Positions 9,494 to 19,155 of a stretch of 64,000 nucleotides of DNA are shown here, piece by piece (position 1 is the first letter of the stretch; each line of letters begins with the position of its first letter). Under the pieces are notes generated by a model. It did no database searches. It saw nothing but the letters and a program-made list of their open reading frames with translations, and had not been told where the DNA came from. This stretch comes from a bacterium (GTDB lineage Bacteria > Patescibacteriota > Minisyncoccia > Phycocordibacterales > UBA9973), in contig JAKAKW010000011.1 in the NCBI GenBank assembly GCA_021824345.1, positions 9,074-73,073 of the forward strand, written 5' to 3'. The position numbers and the translations under genes were made by a program.

Positions 9494-9904
9494 TCAAAGC
9501 GCTTGGCTGATCTTTTTTGCCACTTCTTTCGCTTCTCCATCGGCATAGTCTCTTCGGCCGTGCCATGGGCCGAAGCCGTCGCTTGAGAGGCGCGGTATCA
9601 CGTGCACATGAGTATGAAATATGACTTGTCCAGCCGCAGAATCGTTGTTCATGGTTACGTTTATTCCGTCCGCCTTGAGCTCTTTTTTGACTGCCATGCT
9701 GATCTTCTTTGCCGCTCGTATCAGCTTGCAAGCAATTTCCTCCGGAGTTTCATATATGTTTTTGAAATGTTCTTTGGGAATGATGAGGGTGTGTCCGATA
9801 TTTACCGGCTTAATGTCCAGAAAAGCAAGAGTATGTTCATCCTCATACACCTTTTCACTGGGTATTTCTCCCTTCACTATTTTACAAAAAATGCAGTCAT
9901 CCAT
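9494..9904 (-). CDS. HIT family hydrolase
   Basis: MDDCIFCKIVKGEIP...GQVIFHTHVHVIPR. True start is 9904, with a TATAAT box 6 nt upstream. Confidence 0.95.
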   Translation of the reverse strand: MDDCIFCKIVKGEIPSEKVYEDEHTLAFLDIKPVNIGHTLIIPKEHFKNIYETPEEIACKLIRAAKKISMAVKKELKADGINVTMNNDSAAGQVIFHTHVHVIPRLSSDGFGPWHGRRDYADGEAKEVAKKISQAL

Positions 9905-9927
9905 GGGCAAATTATAACACATATTCC

Positions 9928-9954
9928 AACGTGGGAGGCCTTGCCTCCCACGTT
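9928..9954. repeat. Palindrome family B, copy 1 (between divergent HIT and recJ)
   Basis: AACGTGGGAGGC-CTT-GCCTCCCACGTT. Confidence 0.9.
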
Positions 9955-10018
9955 TTTTTATGTGGTCAAATAAAGGCGCGTTCAACGGATTTGCCTTATT
10001 CGTGATAAAATCAACTTT

Positions 10019-11689
10019 ATGCAAAAGTACGGCGAATTGCTGAGAACCCTGCTTGAAAAAAGGGGAATTATGGATCCGGAACAGGCGGAAATATTCTTGA
10101 ATCCGGATTACGAACGGGATCTCTATGATCCCTTTCTGATGAAAGACATGGAAAAGGCGTGCCGGCGCATTTTTGATGCAATACAGAAGGGCGAAAGAAC
10201 GGTGATTTACGCCGACTATGACTGCGATGGAATGCCCGGAGCGGTCATTCTGGAAGATTTTTTTAAGAAAATCGGGTTTGGAAATTACGAGGTGTACATT
10301 CCCGAGCGAAATTCGGAAGGATACGGATTGAACAAGGAAGCCATAGAAAAATTCGCCGAAAAAGGCGCGAGCCTTCTCCTTGCGGTGGACCTCGGTATTA
10401 CTGCGGTGGAAGAAATAGCCTTTGCCAAAGAAAAAGGCATGAATACCATTATAGTGGACCACCACCTTCCGCCGGAAAAACTTCCCGAGGCTTACGCCAT
10501 TCTGAATCCGAAAATAGACGGCTATCCGGAGAAAATGCTTTGCGCCGCGGGAGTGGCTTTCAAGCTGGTGCAGGGGCTTCTTGCCGCCGCGGAAAAAATT
10601 GACACGTTTCCGAAAATCCCCGCGGGATGGGAAAAATGGCTCATGGACATGGCCGGAATCGCCACTCTTTCTGACATGGTTCCGCTTTTGGGCGAGAATC
10701 GGGCCTTGGCGCATTTCGGAATGAAAGTCTTGCGCAAATCTCCCCGGCCGGGACTGCAGAAGCTTCTGCAGAAAATGAGGGTGGAACAGCGCTTTCTTTC
10801 CCCGGACGATATCGCATTTATGGTCGTGCCGAAAATAAATGCGGCCAGCCGGATGGATGATCCGCGCAGAGCTTACGAGCTTCTTTCCACTGATGATCCG
10901 GCTGAGGCCGGAGCGCTTGCGGACCATCTGACCAAGATAAACGACGAAAGGAAAACAATCGTAACGGGCATAATGCGGGAAGTGAACCGAAATTTTGAGA
11001 AAAGGAACACGGAGGAAAGCCTTCGGGAGGTGATAGTGGTTGGCAATCCGAATTGGAAAATAGGGGTTCTGGGCCTGGTGGCCGGCCGGCTTTCGGAAGC
11101 TTATGAACGGCCGGTTTTCGTATGGGGGGCGGACGAAAACGACTGTATCCGCGGGTCCTGCCGTTCCGACGGCTCGGTGTCAGTGGTGGAACTTATGCAC
11201 GAAACAAAGGAGTATTTTACCGAATTCGGAGGACACGAGCTGGCCGGAGGGTTTGCCGCGGAAAGGACCAAGATTCATTTTTTGGAAGACGCTCTGCTTT
11301 CTTCTTTCGCCAAAGTGAAGAGAGAAAAGCCGGAAGCGGCCGCCGATTATGATTTGAAGCTCGGCTTGTCCGATGTGACTATGAAAAACTGGAAGGAACT
11401 CCAGAAAATGGAACCGTTCGGATCGGGAAATCCGAAGCCGGTGTTCTTATTTGAAAATGTGAAGACTGAAAGCGTGAAAAAATTCGGAAAGAATGGCGGA
11501 GAGCATATTGAGATAACTTTCTCGGACGCCGGCGGACGCAAAATTAAAGCCGTTTCTTTTTTTTCCGGCGAAGATTCGTTCAAGGCGCACGTCTTTCCCG
11601 GCTCGTACGCCAATCTCCTGGCCAGCTTCGACCTGTCCCGATTCCGGGGAAGGGAGGAGCTCCGTCTGCGTATTGAGGATATATATTAG
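10019..11689 (+). CDS. recJ: ssDNA exonuclease RecJ
   Basis: DYDCDG, VDHH, INAASR, GSCRS, GGHELAGG and EPFGSGNP motifs. Confidence 0.96.
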   Translation: MQKYGELLRTLLEKRGIMDPEQAEIFLNPDYERDLYDPFLMKDMEKACRRIFDAIQKGERTVIYADYDCDGMPGAVILEDFFKKIGFGNYEVYIPERNSEGYGLNKEAIEKFAEKGASLLLAVDLGITAVEEIAFAKEKGMNTIIVDHHLPPEKLPEAYAILNPKIDGYPEKMLCAAGVAFKLVQGLLAAAEKIDTFPKIPAGWEKWLMDMAGIATLSDMVPLLGENRALAHFGMKVLRKSPRPGLQKLLQKMRVEQRFLSPDDIAFMVVPKINAASRMDDPRRAYELLSTDDPAEAGALADHLTKINDERKTIVTGIMREVNRNFEKRNTEESLREVIVVGNPNWKIGVLGLVAGRLSEAYERPVFVWGADENDCIRGSCRSDGSVSVVELMHETKEYFTEFGGHELAGGFAAERTKIHFLEDALLSSFAKVKREKPEAAADYDLKLGLSDVTMKNWKELQKMEPFGSGNPKPVFLFENVKTESVKKFGKNGGEHIEITFSDAGGRKIKAVSFFSGEDSFKAHVFPGSYANLLASFDLSRFRGREELRLRIEDIY

Positions 11690-11750
11690 GATTATATGAG
11701 GGATTTTACCCTTGTATTTTATATATCATATACGATATACACAGTTTTCT

Positions 11751-11892
11751 TTGACATGCTGGAAATGGGCGTAGTAAAATATGTGCAGAGCCGTTCAGTT
11801 CCTTCAAAACATAATAAAATCCTATCATTATAGATAGGTACAAACTAACTGAATGGCCATATTTTTTAATTAATATGGTCATTTCTTTTTTT
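11751..11892 (+). ncRNA. Putative promoter + structured small RNA/attenuator + terminator, with no ORF
   Basis: TTGACA-18 nt-TAAAAT; GCCGTTCAGTT/AACTGAATGGC pairing; CCTATC/GATAGG hairpin; terminator stem followed by a T run. Confidence 0.5.
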
Positions 11893-11930
11893 AGTAGAGC
11901 TTTTTATTTTTTTATACTATGATAGTGGAT

Positions 11931-12467
11931 ATGCCGAAAGGAAAAATGATTATATACACTGACGGAGCGGCGCGGGGAAATCCCGGACCGGCCGGCTGGG
12001 GCGCGGTGGTTTTGATACAAGAGCCGAAAGTGCTCGGCAAGGGGCCGGAGGTTCTTCATCGCGGCAACCAAAAGCCGAAGCGCGAAGTTGCGGCGGAACT
12101 GGGCGGAGGGGAAAAGCATGCCACCAACAACCAGATGGAGCTTACGGCTGCCATTGAGGCTTTGAAATACGCGAAGGCAAAAAAATCCGATATGCCCCTT
12201 GAAATATACGCGGATTCAAAATACGTGCTTTTGGGCGTGACTGAATGGATAAAGAAATGGGTGTCCAATGGGTGGAGAACGGCCAATAAAAAGCCGGTGC
12301 TGAATGAAAAGATGTGGCGCGAACTGCACGCTCTGTCGGAGGAATTGCGGCCGTCCTGGTTTTATGTGGAAGGGCACAGCGGGGATACTTATAACGAACG
12401 AGCGGATGAGATCGCCACGGCTTTTGCCGACGGAAGGGAAGGCGAGATTAATTTGAAAAAACCGTGA
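11931..12467 (+). CDS. rnhA: Ribonuclease HI
   Basis: IYTDGAARGNPGPAGWG, TNNQMEL, DSKYV and GHSG...NERAD motifs. Confidence 0.95.
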   Translation: MPKGKMIIYTDGAARGNPGPAGWGAVVLIQEPKVLGKGPEVLHRGNQKPKREVAAELGGGEKHATNNQMELTAAIEALKYAKAKKSDMPLEIYADSKYVLLGVTEWIKKWVSNGWRTANKKPVLNEKMWRELHALSEELRPSWFYVEGHSGDTYNERADEIATAFADGREGEINLKKP

Positions 12468-12471
12468 GAAA

Positions 12472-13761
12472 ATGAGAGAAAAAATATTTTATATAGTTTG
12501 CTTCGGATTTCTTTTAGGAACGCTCGCGCGTTCCTTTCTTTTTGTTCCCGCCCTCGCGCCGGATATTCCGGAAGGAACATTTGAGGGCATGGTGGAGGAA
12601 GAACCGGATGCCGGGGAGAATAATCAAAAACTGGTTGTGAAAACCGAAGGAATGAAAGTTCTGGTTACAACGGGGCTGGAGCAATATTTTCGTTATGGGG
12701 ACGAAGTGCGCTTGTCCGGCAAGCCTAAACTGCCGGAAAATTTTGTTACCGACCAGGGCAAGGTTTTTGATTATGTGAATTACCTTCGCAAGGATGGAAT
12801 CAGGTATGTCGTAAGCTATCCGAAAATTGAGATTCTCTCGCGAGGGCGCGGAAGTTTTTTGCGGAATGCGCTTTTCTTTGCCAAAGAAAAGTTCATGGAT
12901 GCTCTCAAAGTTTCCATCCCCAGTCCCGAATCAAAACTTTTGGGCGGACTCATCCTCGGAGACCGTTCTTCTTTCAGTTCGGATATGCGGCAACAATTTG
13001 TGGATACCGGCACTATTCATATCGTGGCTCTGTCCGGGTATAACGTGACTATCGTCGCGGAATGGATCATGAAAATATTTTCGTTTCTGCCTCGCCTGGC
13101 CGGGTTCGGGGCCGGCATCCTGGGCATCATACTTTTTGTAATCATGTCCGGCGGGACGTCCACGGCCGTGCGGGCCGGGATAATGGCGGTATTGGGCATT
13201 CTGGCCAGGGTGCTTGGCCGGCCGTATGAAGCAGGGCGGGGCCTTATTCTGGCCGCCGCGGCCATGTGCCTGGCGAACCCGCTGATCATTGCCTACGACG
13301 CGTCTTTTCAGCTGTCGTTTTTGGCCACGGCGGCCGTTATTTTCGTCCCGCCTCGCATAGAGAAGCATTTTTATTGGATTAAATGGAAATGGCTGCGTGA
13401 AATCACGGTCACCACTTCCTCCGCGTATGTTTGCGTCGCTCCATACATATTTTGGCAGATGGGCAATCTTTCCCTGGTCGCCATTCCGGCCAACCTCCTC
13501 GTTCTGCCGGCCATCCCCCTCACCATGCTCCTCGGGTTCGCCGCCGGTTTCACCGGGCTTCTTTCCCCGATTCTTTCCGCGCCCTTCGGGTATTTTTCAT
13601 ACGCGCTTCTTCATTACGAATTATGGATAATAGGCGCCATATCAAAAATCCCGTTCGCTTCCATAAGCGTCGGGGATTTTCCGCCGGTATCCATCGTTCT
13701 GATCTACGCTTTCCTTATTTTGTGGCTTCTACGAAGTTCTTTTCAATCTCCTCCCAGTTAA
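12472..13761 (+). CDS. comEC: ComEC/Rec2 competence channel (OB + membrane competence domains)
   Basis: GTIHIVALSGYNV, RAGIM and SFQLSF motifs; multiple transmembrane segments. Confidence 0.92.
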   Translation: MREKIFYIVCFGFLLGTLARSFLFVPALAPDIPEGTFEGMVEEEPDAGENNQKLVVKTEGMKVLVTTGLEQYFRYGDEVRLSGKPKLPENFVTDQGKVFDYVNYLRKDGIRYVVSYPKIEILSRGRGSFLRNALFFAKEKFMDALKVSIPSPESKLLGGLILGDRSSFSSDMRQQFVDTGTIHIVALSGYNVTIVAEWIMKIFSFLPRLAGFGAGILGIILFVIMSGGTSTAVRAGIMAVLGILARVLGRPYEAGRGLILAAAAMCLANPLIIAYDASFQLSFLATAAVIFVPPRIEKHFYWIKWKWLREITVTTSSAYVCVAPYIFWQMGNLSLVAIPANLLVLPAIPLTMLLGFAAGFTGLLSPILSAPFGYFSYALLHYELWIIGAISKIPFASISVGDFPPVSIVLIYAFLILWLLRSSFQSPPS

Positions 13762-14311
13762 GATTCTGAAAAAACGTGTCAATGTATTTTTTCTTTTCCG
13801 AAGAAGCATAATCGTAAATATATGAGTGTTCCCACATATCCAGGGCCAGAATCCATTTGGCGCCGTTTAATTGTCCAAGATGCTGTTCGTCTATCCAGCT
13901 CGTTACCAGCTGGCCGGTGGCCTGGTCCCAGGCCATTACAGCCCAGCCTATTCCGCGAGTGGCGGCCATTTGCTTGAACGCTTCGATAAATACATCCATG
14001 GGCACATCTTTTTCCAGCTCGGCTTTCAATTTAGAATTTGCGGGCAATGGTTTGGCTCCTCCGGAAAGGGATTGGAAATAATATTCATGATTGCGTACTC
14101 CGTTGAACTCAAAGGCGAAGCGCCGGTGCAGTTCCCCGATCAAGAAAGCGTTGCCCGCAGGATCCTCTTGATAAAGTTTGCCCAGCTTTTCCCGCACCAG
14201 GTTGGCGTTTTTTACGTATCCTGAATACAGTTTCAAATGTTCTTCAATGTTTTTGGCGGAGATCCCCGAGAGTTCTCCGATGTTGAATTTTTTTTCTTCA
14301 AATATTTTCAT
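13715..14311 (-). CDS. sod: Fe/Mn superoxide dismutase family protein
   Basis: EHLKLYSGYVKN, NHEYYF, GIGW and LDMWEHSY motifs. Confidence 0.9.
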   Translation of the reverse strand: MKIFEEKKFNIGELSGISAKNIEEHLKLYSGYVKNANLVREKLGKLYQEDPAGNAFLIGELHRRFAFEFNGVRNHEYYFQSLSGGAKPLPANSKLKAELEKDVPMDVFIEAFKQMAATRGIGWAVMAWDQATGQLVTSWIDEQHLGQLNGAKWILALDMWEHSYIYDYASSEKKKYIDTFFQNLNWEEIEKNFVEATK

Positions 14312-14408
14312 GGTTCTTTAATAGTTATTTATAAAGCATGCATATACTGCTTGTACGGAGCAATACGGCTCCATATTTCAAGCCATTTGCATATCAGCGC
14401 ATTATACC

Positions 14409-15353
14409 ATGAATTCCAAAGCACTTATAAAAAATGAAAAGAAACCGCTTGCCGAAGGGCGGAGGGTAACCCTCCGCCCTTCGGCGCCCCAGAAACCCGT
14501 AAAAATTTTCCCCCTATATGCCGTTTTTGCGCTTCTAGCAATGGCTATTTTCCTGTTTTCGCTTGATTTGCGGAATTCTCGCCGAGGGCTAACTTTTGCC
14601 ATGCTTGACGTGGGCCAAGGAGACGCGCTTTTTATAGAATCTCCGACCGGCACTCGGATTCTGGTGGACGCCGGGCCTCCGCGGAAAATATTGGGACAAA
14701 TGGCAAGGGTAATGCCCGCCCTTGACCGCACTTTGGATGCGGTGATAATCACTCATCCGGATGCCGATCATATTTCCGGATTCGCGGACATTTTGGAAAA
14801 TTATAAAGTAAAAGAAATTTTTGATCCCGGCATCGCGGATGATTCCGCGCTGTATCAGAACATAAAAAAAATTGCGGAAGAAAAATCCGTGCAGAACATT
14901 CCCGCCAGGCGAGGCATGCGGTTAAATATTGGCGGCGGCGCGGTTATTGATATTTTGTTTCCCGACGCTGATGTTCGCGACTGGGAAACAAATGCAGGCT
15001 CCGTGGTGGCGCGCCTCTCTTATGGCGATACCTCCATACTGCTTGCCGGCGACTCTCCGATAGATACCGAAAAAATCATTTTGGCGCAAACACAGAGGAC
15101 GCTTCTCAAAAGTACGGCGCTGAAAGTGGGCCATCACGGTTCCAAAAATTCCAGTTCGGCCGAGTTCATTGAAGCGGTCGCGCCCAAGTATGCTCTCATT
15201 TCCGCGGGCAAAGAAAACAGATACGGCCATCCGGATCCCGCGGTACTGGACATCTTTGAAAAGTCCGGGATACAAGCGTTCCGCACGGACGAACACGGAA
15301 CCATTCTCATGCGCTCCGACGGCAAGACTGAAGCCTTTTCTTTTTATAAATAG
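14409..15353 (+). CDS. ComEC-associated metallo-beta-lactamase-fold nuclease
   Basis: LDVGQGDA, THPDADHISG, LKVGHHGS, YGHP and RTDEHG motifs. Confidence 0.92.
   Translation: MNSKALIKNEKKPLAEGRRVTLRPSAPQKPVKIFPLYAVFALLAMAIFLFSLDLRNSRRGLTFAMLDVGQGDALFIESPTGTRILVDAGPPRKILGQMARVMPALDRTLDAVIITHPDADHISGFADILENYKVKEIFDPGIADDSALYQNIKKIAEEKSVQNIPARRGMRLNIGGGAVIDILFPDADVRDWETNAGSVVARLSYGDTSILLAGDSPIDTEKIILAQTQRTLLKSTALKVGHHGSKNSSSAEFIEAVAPKYALISAGKENRYGHPDPAVLDIFEKSGIQAFRTDEHGTILMRSDGKTEAFSFYK
14451..14485. repeat. Palindrome family A, copy 2 (in frame in the N-terminus of the MBL nuclease if the 14409 start is correct)
   Basis: GCCGAAGGGCGGAGGG-TAA-CCCTCCGCCCTTCGGC, reading AEGRRVTLRPSA. Confidence 0.88.
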
Positions 15354-15361
15354 CACTATTA

Positions 15362-15479
15362 AGCAAAACTTCCGGTACTCTCTTCGGAGGGGGTTTGGCG
15401 AGCGGCGGCGAGCCAACTTCAGGGATTTTTAAGCTTCAAAAATCCCGTACCCGGAGAGGAGAGTACCGGAAGTTTTGCT
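15362..15479. repeat. Fold-back element with 21-bp perfect arms and a GA-GC/GC-GA internal hairpin
   Basis: Arms AGCAAAACTTCCGGTACTCTC / GAGAGTACCGGAAGTTTTGCT; inner TTGGC-GA-GC-GGCG-GC-GA-GCCAA. Confidence 0.85.
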
Positions 15480-15497
15480 ATATGCTAGAATGGTCAT

Positions 15498-16679
15498 ATG
15501 AAAGATAAACAAGTAGAAAATCTGATCAAAGCCGAAGAAAAAAGGCAAAAAAAGGTCATCAATCTAATCCCGTCGGAGAACTACGTATCCAAAGACGTAC
15601 TCATAGCCCTCGGCTCTATTTTTGACAATAAATACGCCGAAGGATATCCGCACGCCAGATATTACGGAGGCCAGACGAATACGGACAAGCTGGAAGAGCT
15701 CTGCAAGGCAAGGGCCCTCAAGCTTTTCAAACTCTCTCCAAAAGAATGGGCGGTGAATGTCCAACCGCTTTCCGGCGCTCCGGCAAACCTGGCGGTATAT
15801 TTGGGATTGGTTTTGCCCGGAGAAAAAATAATGGGAATGACTCTCACCGCGGGAGGGCACTTGAGCCACGGGCAGAAAGTTTCCATTACCGGAAAAGTCT
15901 GGCAGCAAGTTCCCTATGGCGTAGACCCCAAAACGGAGACGCTTAATTACGACGAATTGAAAAAGCTTGCGATGGAAGAGAAGCCGGCGCTCATTGTGGC
16001 GGGTTACACCGCCTACCCTCGGGTAGTGGACTTCAAAAAATTCAGGGAAATCGCCGATGCTTGCGGAGCATATCTCATGGTGGACATGTCCCACTTCGCA
16101 GGGCTGGTGGCCGGCGGAGCGTATCCGACTCCTTTCAAATATGCCGATGTGGTAACCAGTACCACGCACAAGACCTTGCGCGGTCCGCGCGGGGCTTTGA
16201 TTTTTTCGAAAAAAGATGACAGGAAGCTGGACAAAAAAATTGACAAGGCGATCTTTCCGGGACTTCAAGGCGGTCCGCACATGGGCCAGATCGCCGGCAT
16301 TGCCGTGGCTCTGAAGGAAGACACGGCTCCGGCTTTTAAAACTTACGCAAAGCAAATAGTGAAAAATGCCCGGGCGCTTGCCGGGGAGCTGGAAAAGCTA
16401 GGTTGGCGGATTATTTCCGGAGGAACCGATTCGCACCTGATCCTGATGGACACTTGGATGGAAGGCAAGGGCCTGCCCGGCAAAGACGCCGAGGCTCTGC
16501 TTGAAAAAAACGGCATCATCTGCAACAAGAACACCATTCCCGGAGAGACCCGTTCCCCGTTTGATCCTTCCGGCATCCGCATGGGCACTCCCGCCGAAAC
16601 CACCCGCGGCCGCAAGGAAAAAGATTTTCTGGCTATCGCCCGCAAAATCGACAAGATATTGAGAGCAGGGAAAAAATAA
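15498..16679 (+). CDS. glyA: Serine hydroxymethyltransferase
   Basis: LIPSENY, KYAEGYP, GGHLSHG and TTHKTLRGPRG motifs. Confidence 0.98.
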   Translation: MKDKQVENLIKAEEKRQKKVINLIPSENYVSKDVLIALGSIFDNKYAEGYPHARYYGGQTNTDKLEELCKARALKLFKLSPKEWAVNVQPLSGAPANLAVYLGLVLPGEKIMGMTLTAGGHLSHGQKVSITGKVWQQVPYGVDPKTETLNYDELKKLAMEEKPALIVAGYTAYPRVVDFKKFREIADACGAYLMVDMSHFAGLVAGGAYPTPFKYADVVTSTTHKTLRGPRGALIFSKKDDRKLDKKIDKAIFPGLQGGPHMGQIAGIAVALKEDTAPAFKTYAKQIVKNARALAGELEKLGWRIISGGTDSHLILMDTWMEGKGLPGKDAEALLEKNGIICNKNTIPGETRSPFDPSGIRMGTPAETTRGRKEKDFLAIARKIDKILRAGKK

Positions 16680-16688
16680 GAAAAGAAC

Positions 16689-17426
16689 ATGGATCAAAAA
16701 GGCAGAACAATTTTAATCACGGGCTCTTCCTCTGGCATAGGGGAAGCAACAGCCAAACTTGCCAAAAAATACGGATGGAATCCGATTTTGCACGGAAAAG
16801 ACGAAAGCGAGAAACTCAAAAAACTTGCAAAAGAACTTGAAGCTGAATATATTTTCTGCGATGTATCTAAGAAAGAACAATGCGAAGAGGTTGTAAAGAA
16901 ACTGTTGGAGAAAACTCCCAGAATAGACGCTCTTATAAATTCTGCCGGAATTGCAGCGCAGGAATCTTTTCTGGAAAGTACTGACGACGAATGGATGAAT
17001 ATGTTTAAAGTTAATCTGCTTGGTACGGTGCATCTCTGCCAACTGATAATTCCGGTGATGCAGAAAAAAAAATATGGCAGGGTAGTGAATCTAGCTTCAA
17101 TACGCGGACATTCCTTCACTGCCAGCAAGGAAGGTCTGATTTACTCTGCAACAAAGGCAGCAGTGATGACACTGTCTGCTAGTTTGGCTAAAAGATATGC
17201 GCCAGAAATTTTGGTGAATTCAGTATCGCCCGGTTTCACACAGACACCGATAAGCAAAGAATGGTCGGAAACAGGATGGAGGAAGAGCACAGAAAATCTT
17301 CTCGGCAGGGTGCTTCAGCCCGAAGAAATAGCGGAAGTAATACTGTTTCTCGCAAGCGATAAGAATACCGCCATTACCGGCCAGGATATTCTGGTAGACG
17401 GCGGATACGGAGCGTTTGATAAATGA
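16689..17426 (+). CDS. SDR family oxidoreductase
   Basis: TGSSSGIG, YSATK, VNSVSPG and VDGG motifs. Confidence 0.92.
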   Translation: MDQKGRTILITGSSSGIGEATAKLAKKYGWNPILHGKDESEKLKKLAKELEAEYIFCDVSKKEQCEEVVKKLLEKTPRIDALINSAGIAAQESFLESTDDEWMNMFKVNLLGTVHLCQLIIPVMQKKKYGRVVNLASIRGHSFTASKEGLIYSATKAAVMTLSASLAKRYAPEILVNSVSPGFTQTPISKEWSETGWRKSTENLLGRVLQPEEIAEVILFLASDKNTAITGQDILVDGGYGAFDK

Positions 17427-17427
17427 A

Positions 17428-17895
17428 ATGCCGCATATTCATGAAAAAATAGATTTTTGTGTTGAAGTATTCATCGTACACAGGGACAAAGTGCTGTTGC
17501 GAATGCACGATAAGCATCACATATGGCTATCGGTCGGCAGACATATTGAACTTGACGAAGACCCCATTCAAGCGGCGGTTCGCGAAGTAAAAGAAGAAGT
17601 CGGCCTTAATGTTAAAATATTCGGCCAAGTGTCGGATACAAAAAAAGAGGCGGATTACCAGCCTCTTCCCGCTCCGGCATTTCTAGGTTGCCATGAAGTG
17701 AATAGCACGCATAAACACGTGGTACTTGTGTATTTTGCCACCGCTAGTTCAAACAAAATATCGGAAGCGGTGATGAAACACGAACGCACTGATATAATTT
17801 GGGCGACAAAAAAGGACCTTCTGAAAATGGATCTCAGACCCAATGTGAGATTCTATGCCGAACAGGCTTTAAGGGTATTGGGAAAAAATAAATGA
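17428..17895 (+). CDS. NUDIX hydrolase
   Basis: Nudix box EDPIQAAVREVKEEVGL; probable start MPHIHEK. Confidence 0.88.
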   Translation: MPHIHEKIDFCVEVFIVHRDKVLLRMHDKHHIWLSVGRHIELDEDPIQAAVREVKEEVGLNVKIFGQVSDTKKEADYQPLPAPAFLGCHEVNSTHKHVVLVYFATASSNKISEAVMKHERTDIIWATKKDLLKMDLRPNVRFYAEQALRVLGKNK

Positions 17896-17958
17896 ACCTG
17901 CAAGTCGGAGCCGATGGACAAATACTTCAAGGAAGTTTTAGAAAAAATGCAACAATAA
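17892..17958 (+). pseudogene. Probable scar of a deleted gene (start and end retained, out of frame)
   Basis: An ATGA-coupled start (MNLQVG) joined to a different-frame tail (PMDKYFKEVLEKMQQ*) that stops 1 nt before the next ATG. Confidence 0.45.
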
Positions 17959-17959
17959 T

Positions 17960-18397
17960 ATGGAAAATGAAACGGATAATCAAAGACCGAAAATCGGCAT
18001 AGGCGTAATGATATGGAAAAACAATAAGGTGCTTATTGGCCGCAGAAAAAATCGTCACGGAGATGGAGAATATTCTTTCACCGGAGGACACCTGGAATAT
18101 TCACAGTCATTTGAGAACTGTGCCAAGCAGGAAACTCTTGAAGAAGCTGGAATACATATAAGGAACATAAAGTTTCTATGCGTAGCCAATGGTACGCAGT
18201 ACGCGCCCAGGCATGATGTCTTGGTGGGGCTCTCCGCAGAATGGGAATCCGGAGAACCAAGAACGAACCCGGAAGAACGGATTGGGGATTGGAAGTGGTA
18301 CGATCTTGATGAGTTGCCCCAGCCTCTTTTTGCCTTCGCGGGGATAATGGTAAAAGCATATAAAAGCGGCCAAAATTATTTTGATATAGAAAAATAA
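17960..18397 (+). CDS. NUDIX hydrolase (NUDT15/MutT-like)
   Basis: RPKIGIGV, GGHLEYSQSFENCAKQETLEEAG and W.WY..DELP.PLF motifs. Confidence 0.88.
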   Translation: MENETDNQRPKIGIGVMIWKNNKVLIGRRKNRHGDGEYSFTGGHLEYSQSFENCAKQETLEEAGIHIRNIKFLCVANGTQYAPRHDVLVGLSAEWESGEPRTNPEERIGDWKWYDLDELPQPLFAFAGIMVKAYKSGQNYFDIEK

Positions 18398-18421
18398 GAT
18401 ATTTTCTGCTATATTTTCCCT

Positions 18422-19123
18422 ATGGCAAAAACTAAAAGGAAAGGGAAATTCATTGTGTTTGACGGAACGGACGGCAGCGGAAAGGCCACGCAAGTGGCGC
18501 TTTTGGCGAAACGCTTGAAGAGGGAAGGCAGAAAAGTGGCGGTGCTGGATTTTCCGGAATACTACAAAAATTTTTTCGGCGGGTTCATCGGCCACTGCCT
18601 CTCCGAGCAATACTACAATTGGACCAATATTCATCCGAAAATCGCCGCAATAGCATACGCGGCGGATCGCTGGGAATCTTCCGAAAAAGTGCGCAAACTT
18701 CTTGCCGAAGGGTATATCGTGCTTTCCAACCGGTACATGAGCGCCAATCAGATCCATCAGGGAGGAAAGATAAAGAATGCCGCCAAGCGGGCGGCATTTA
18801 TCAAATGGCTGGACAAGATGGAATATGGCACTTTCAAGATTCCAAGACCGGACAAGATTTTCTATCTTAGCGTGCCCATTCCGACCATCCTACGGCTGAT
18901 CAAAGAGAGGGACGGAAAAAAGCGCCGGGCATATACCGGCAAAAAGAAAGATATAGTGGAAGGGGATATCAATTATCTGACCAATTCGCAAAAGACCGCC
19001 GAATGGCTGGCCGAGCGGGAGAAGAATTGGATAAAGATAGACTGCACGGAAGGCAACAAGCTTTTTTCACAGGAATCCATTCACCAAAAAATATATGCTA
19101 AGATAAAAGGCATTATAAAGTAA
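18422..19123 (+). CDS. tmk: Thymidylate kinase
   Basis: FDGTDGSGKATQ P-loop; YAADRW and NRY motifs. Confidence 0.9.
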   Translation: MAKTKRKGKFIVFDGTDGSGKATQVALLAKRLKREGRKVAVLDFPEYYKNFFGGFIGHCLSEQYYNWTNIHPKIAAIAYAADRWESSEKVRKLLAEGYIVLSNRYMSANQIHQGGKIKNAAKRAAFIKWLDKMEYGTFKIPRPDKIFYLSVPIPTILRLIKERDGKKRRAYTGKKKDIVEGDINYLTNSQKTAEWLAEREKNWIKIDCTEGNKLFSQESIHQKIYAKIKGIIK

Positions 19124-19155
19124 CAGAACTCCAAGAGAGCCATAAATGATTTTTT

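Noticed and set aside
9905-10927. 477-aa minus-strand ORF extension of the HIT gene
   Set aside because: It is the antisense shadow of recJ. The HIT domain starts at 9904.
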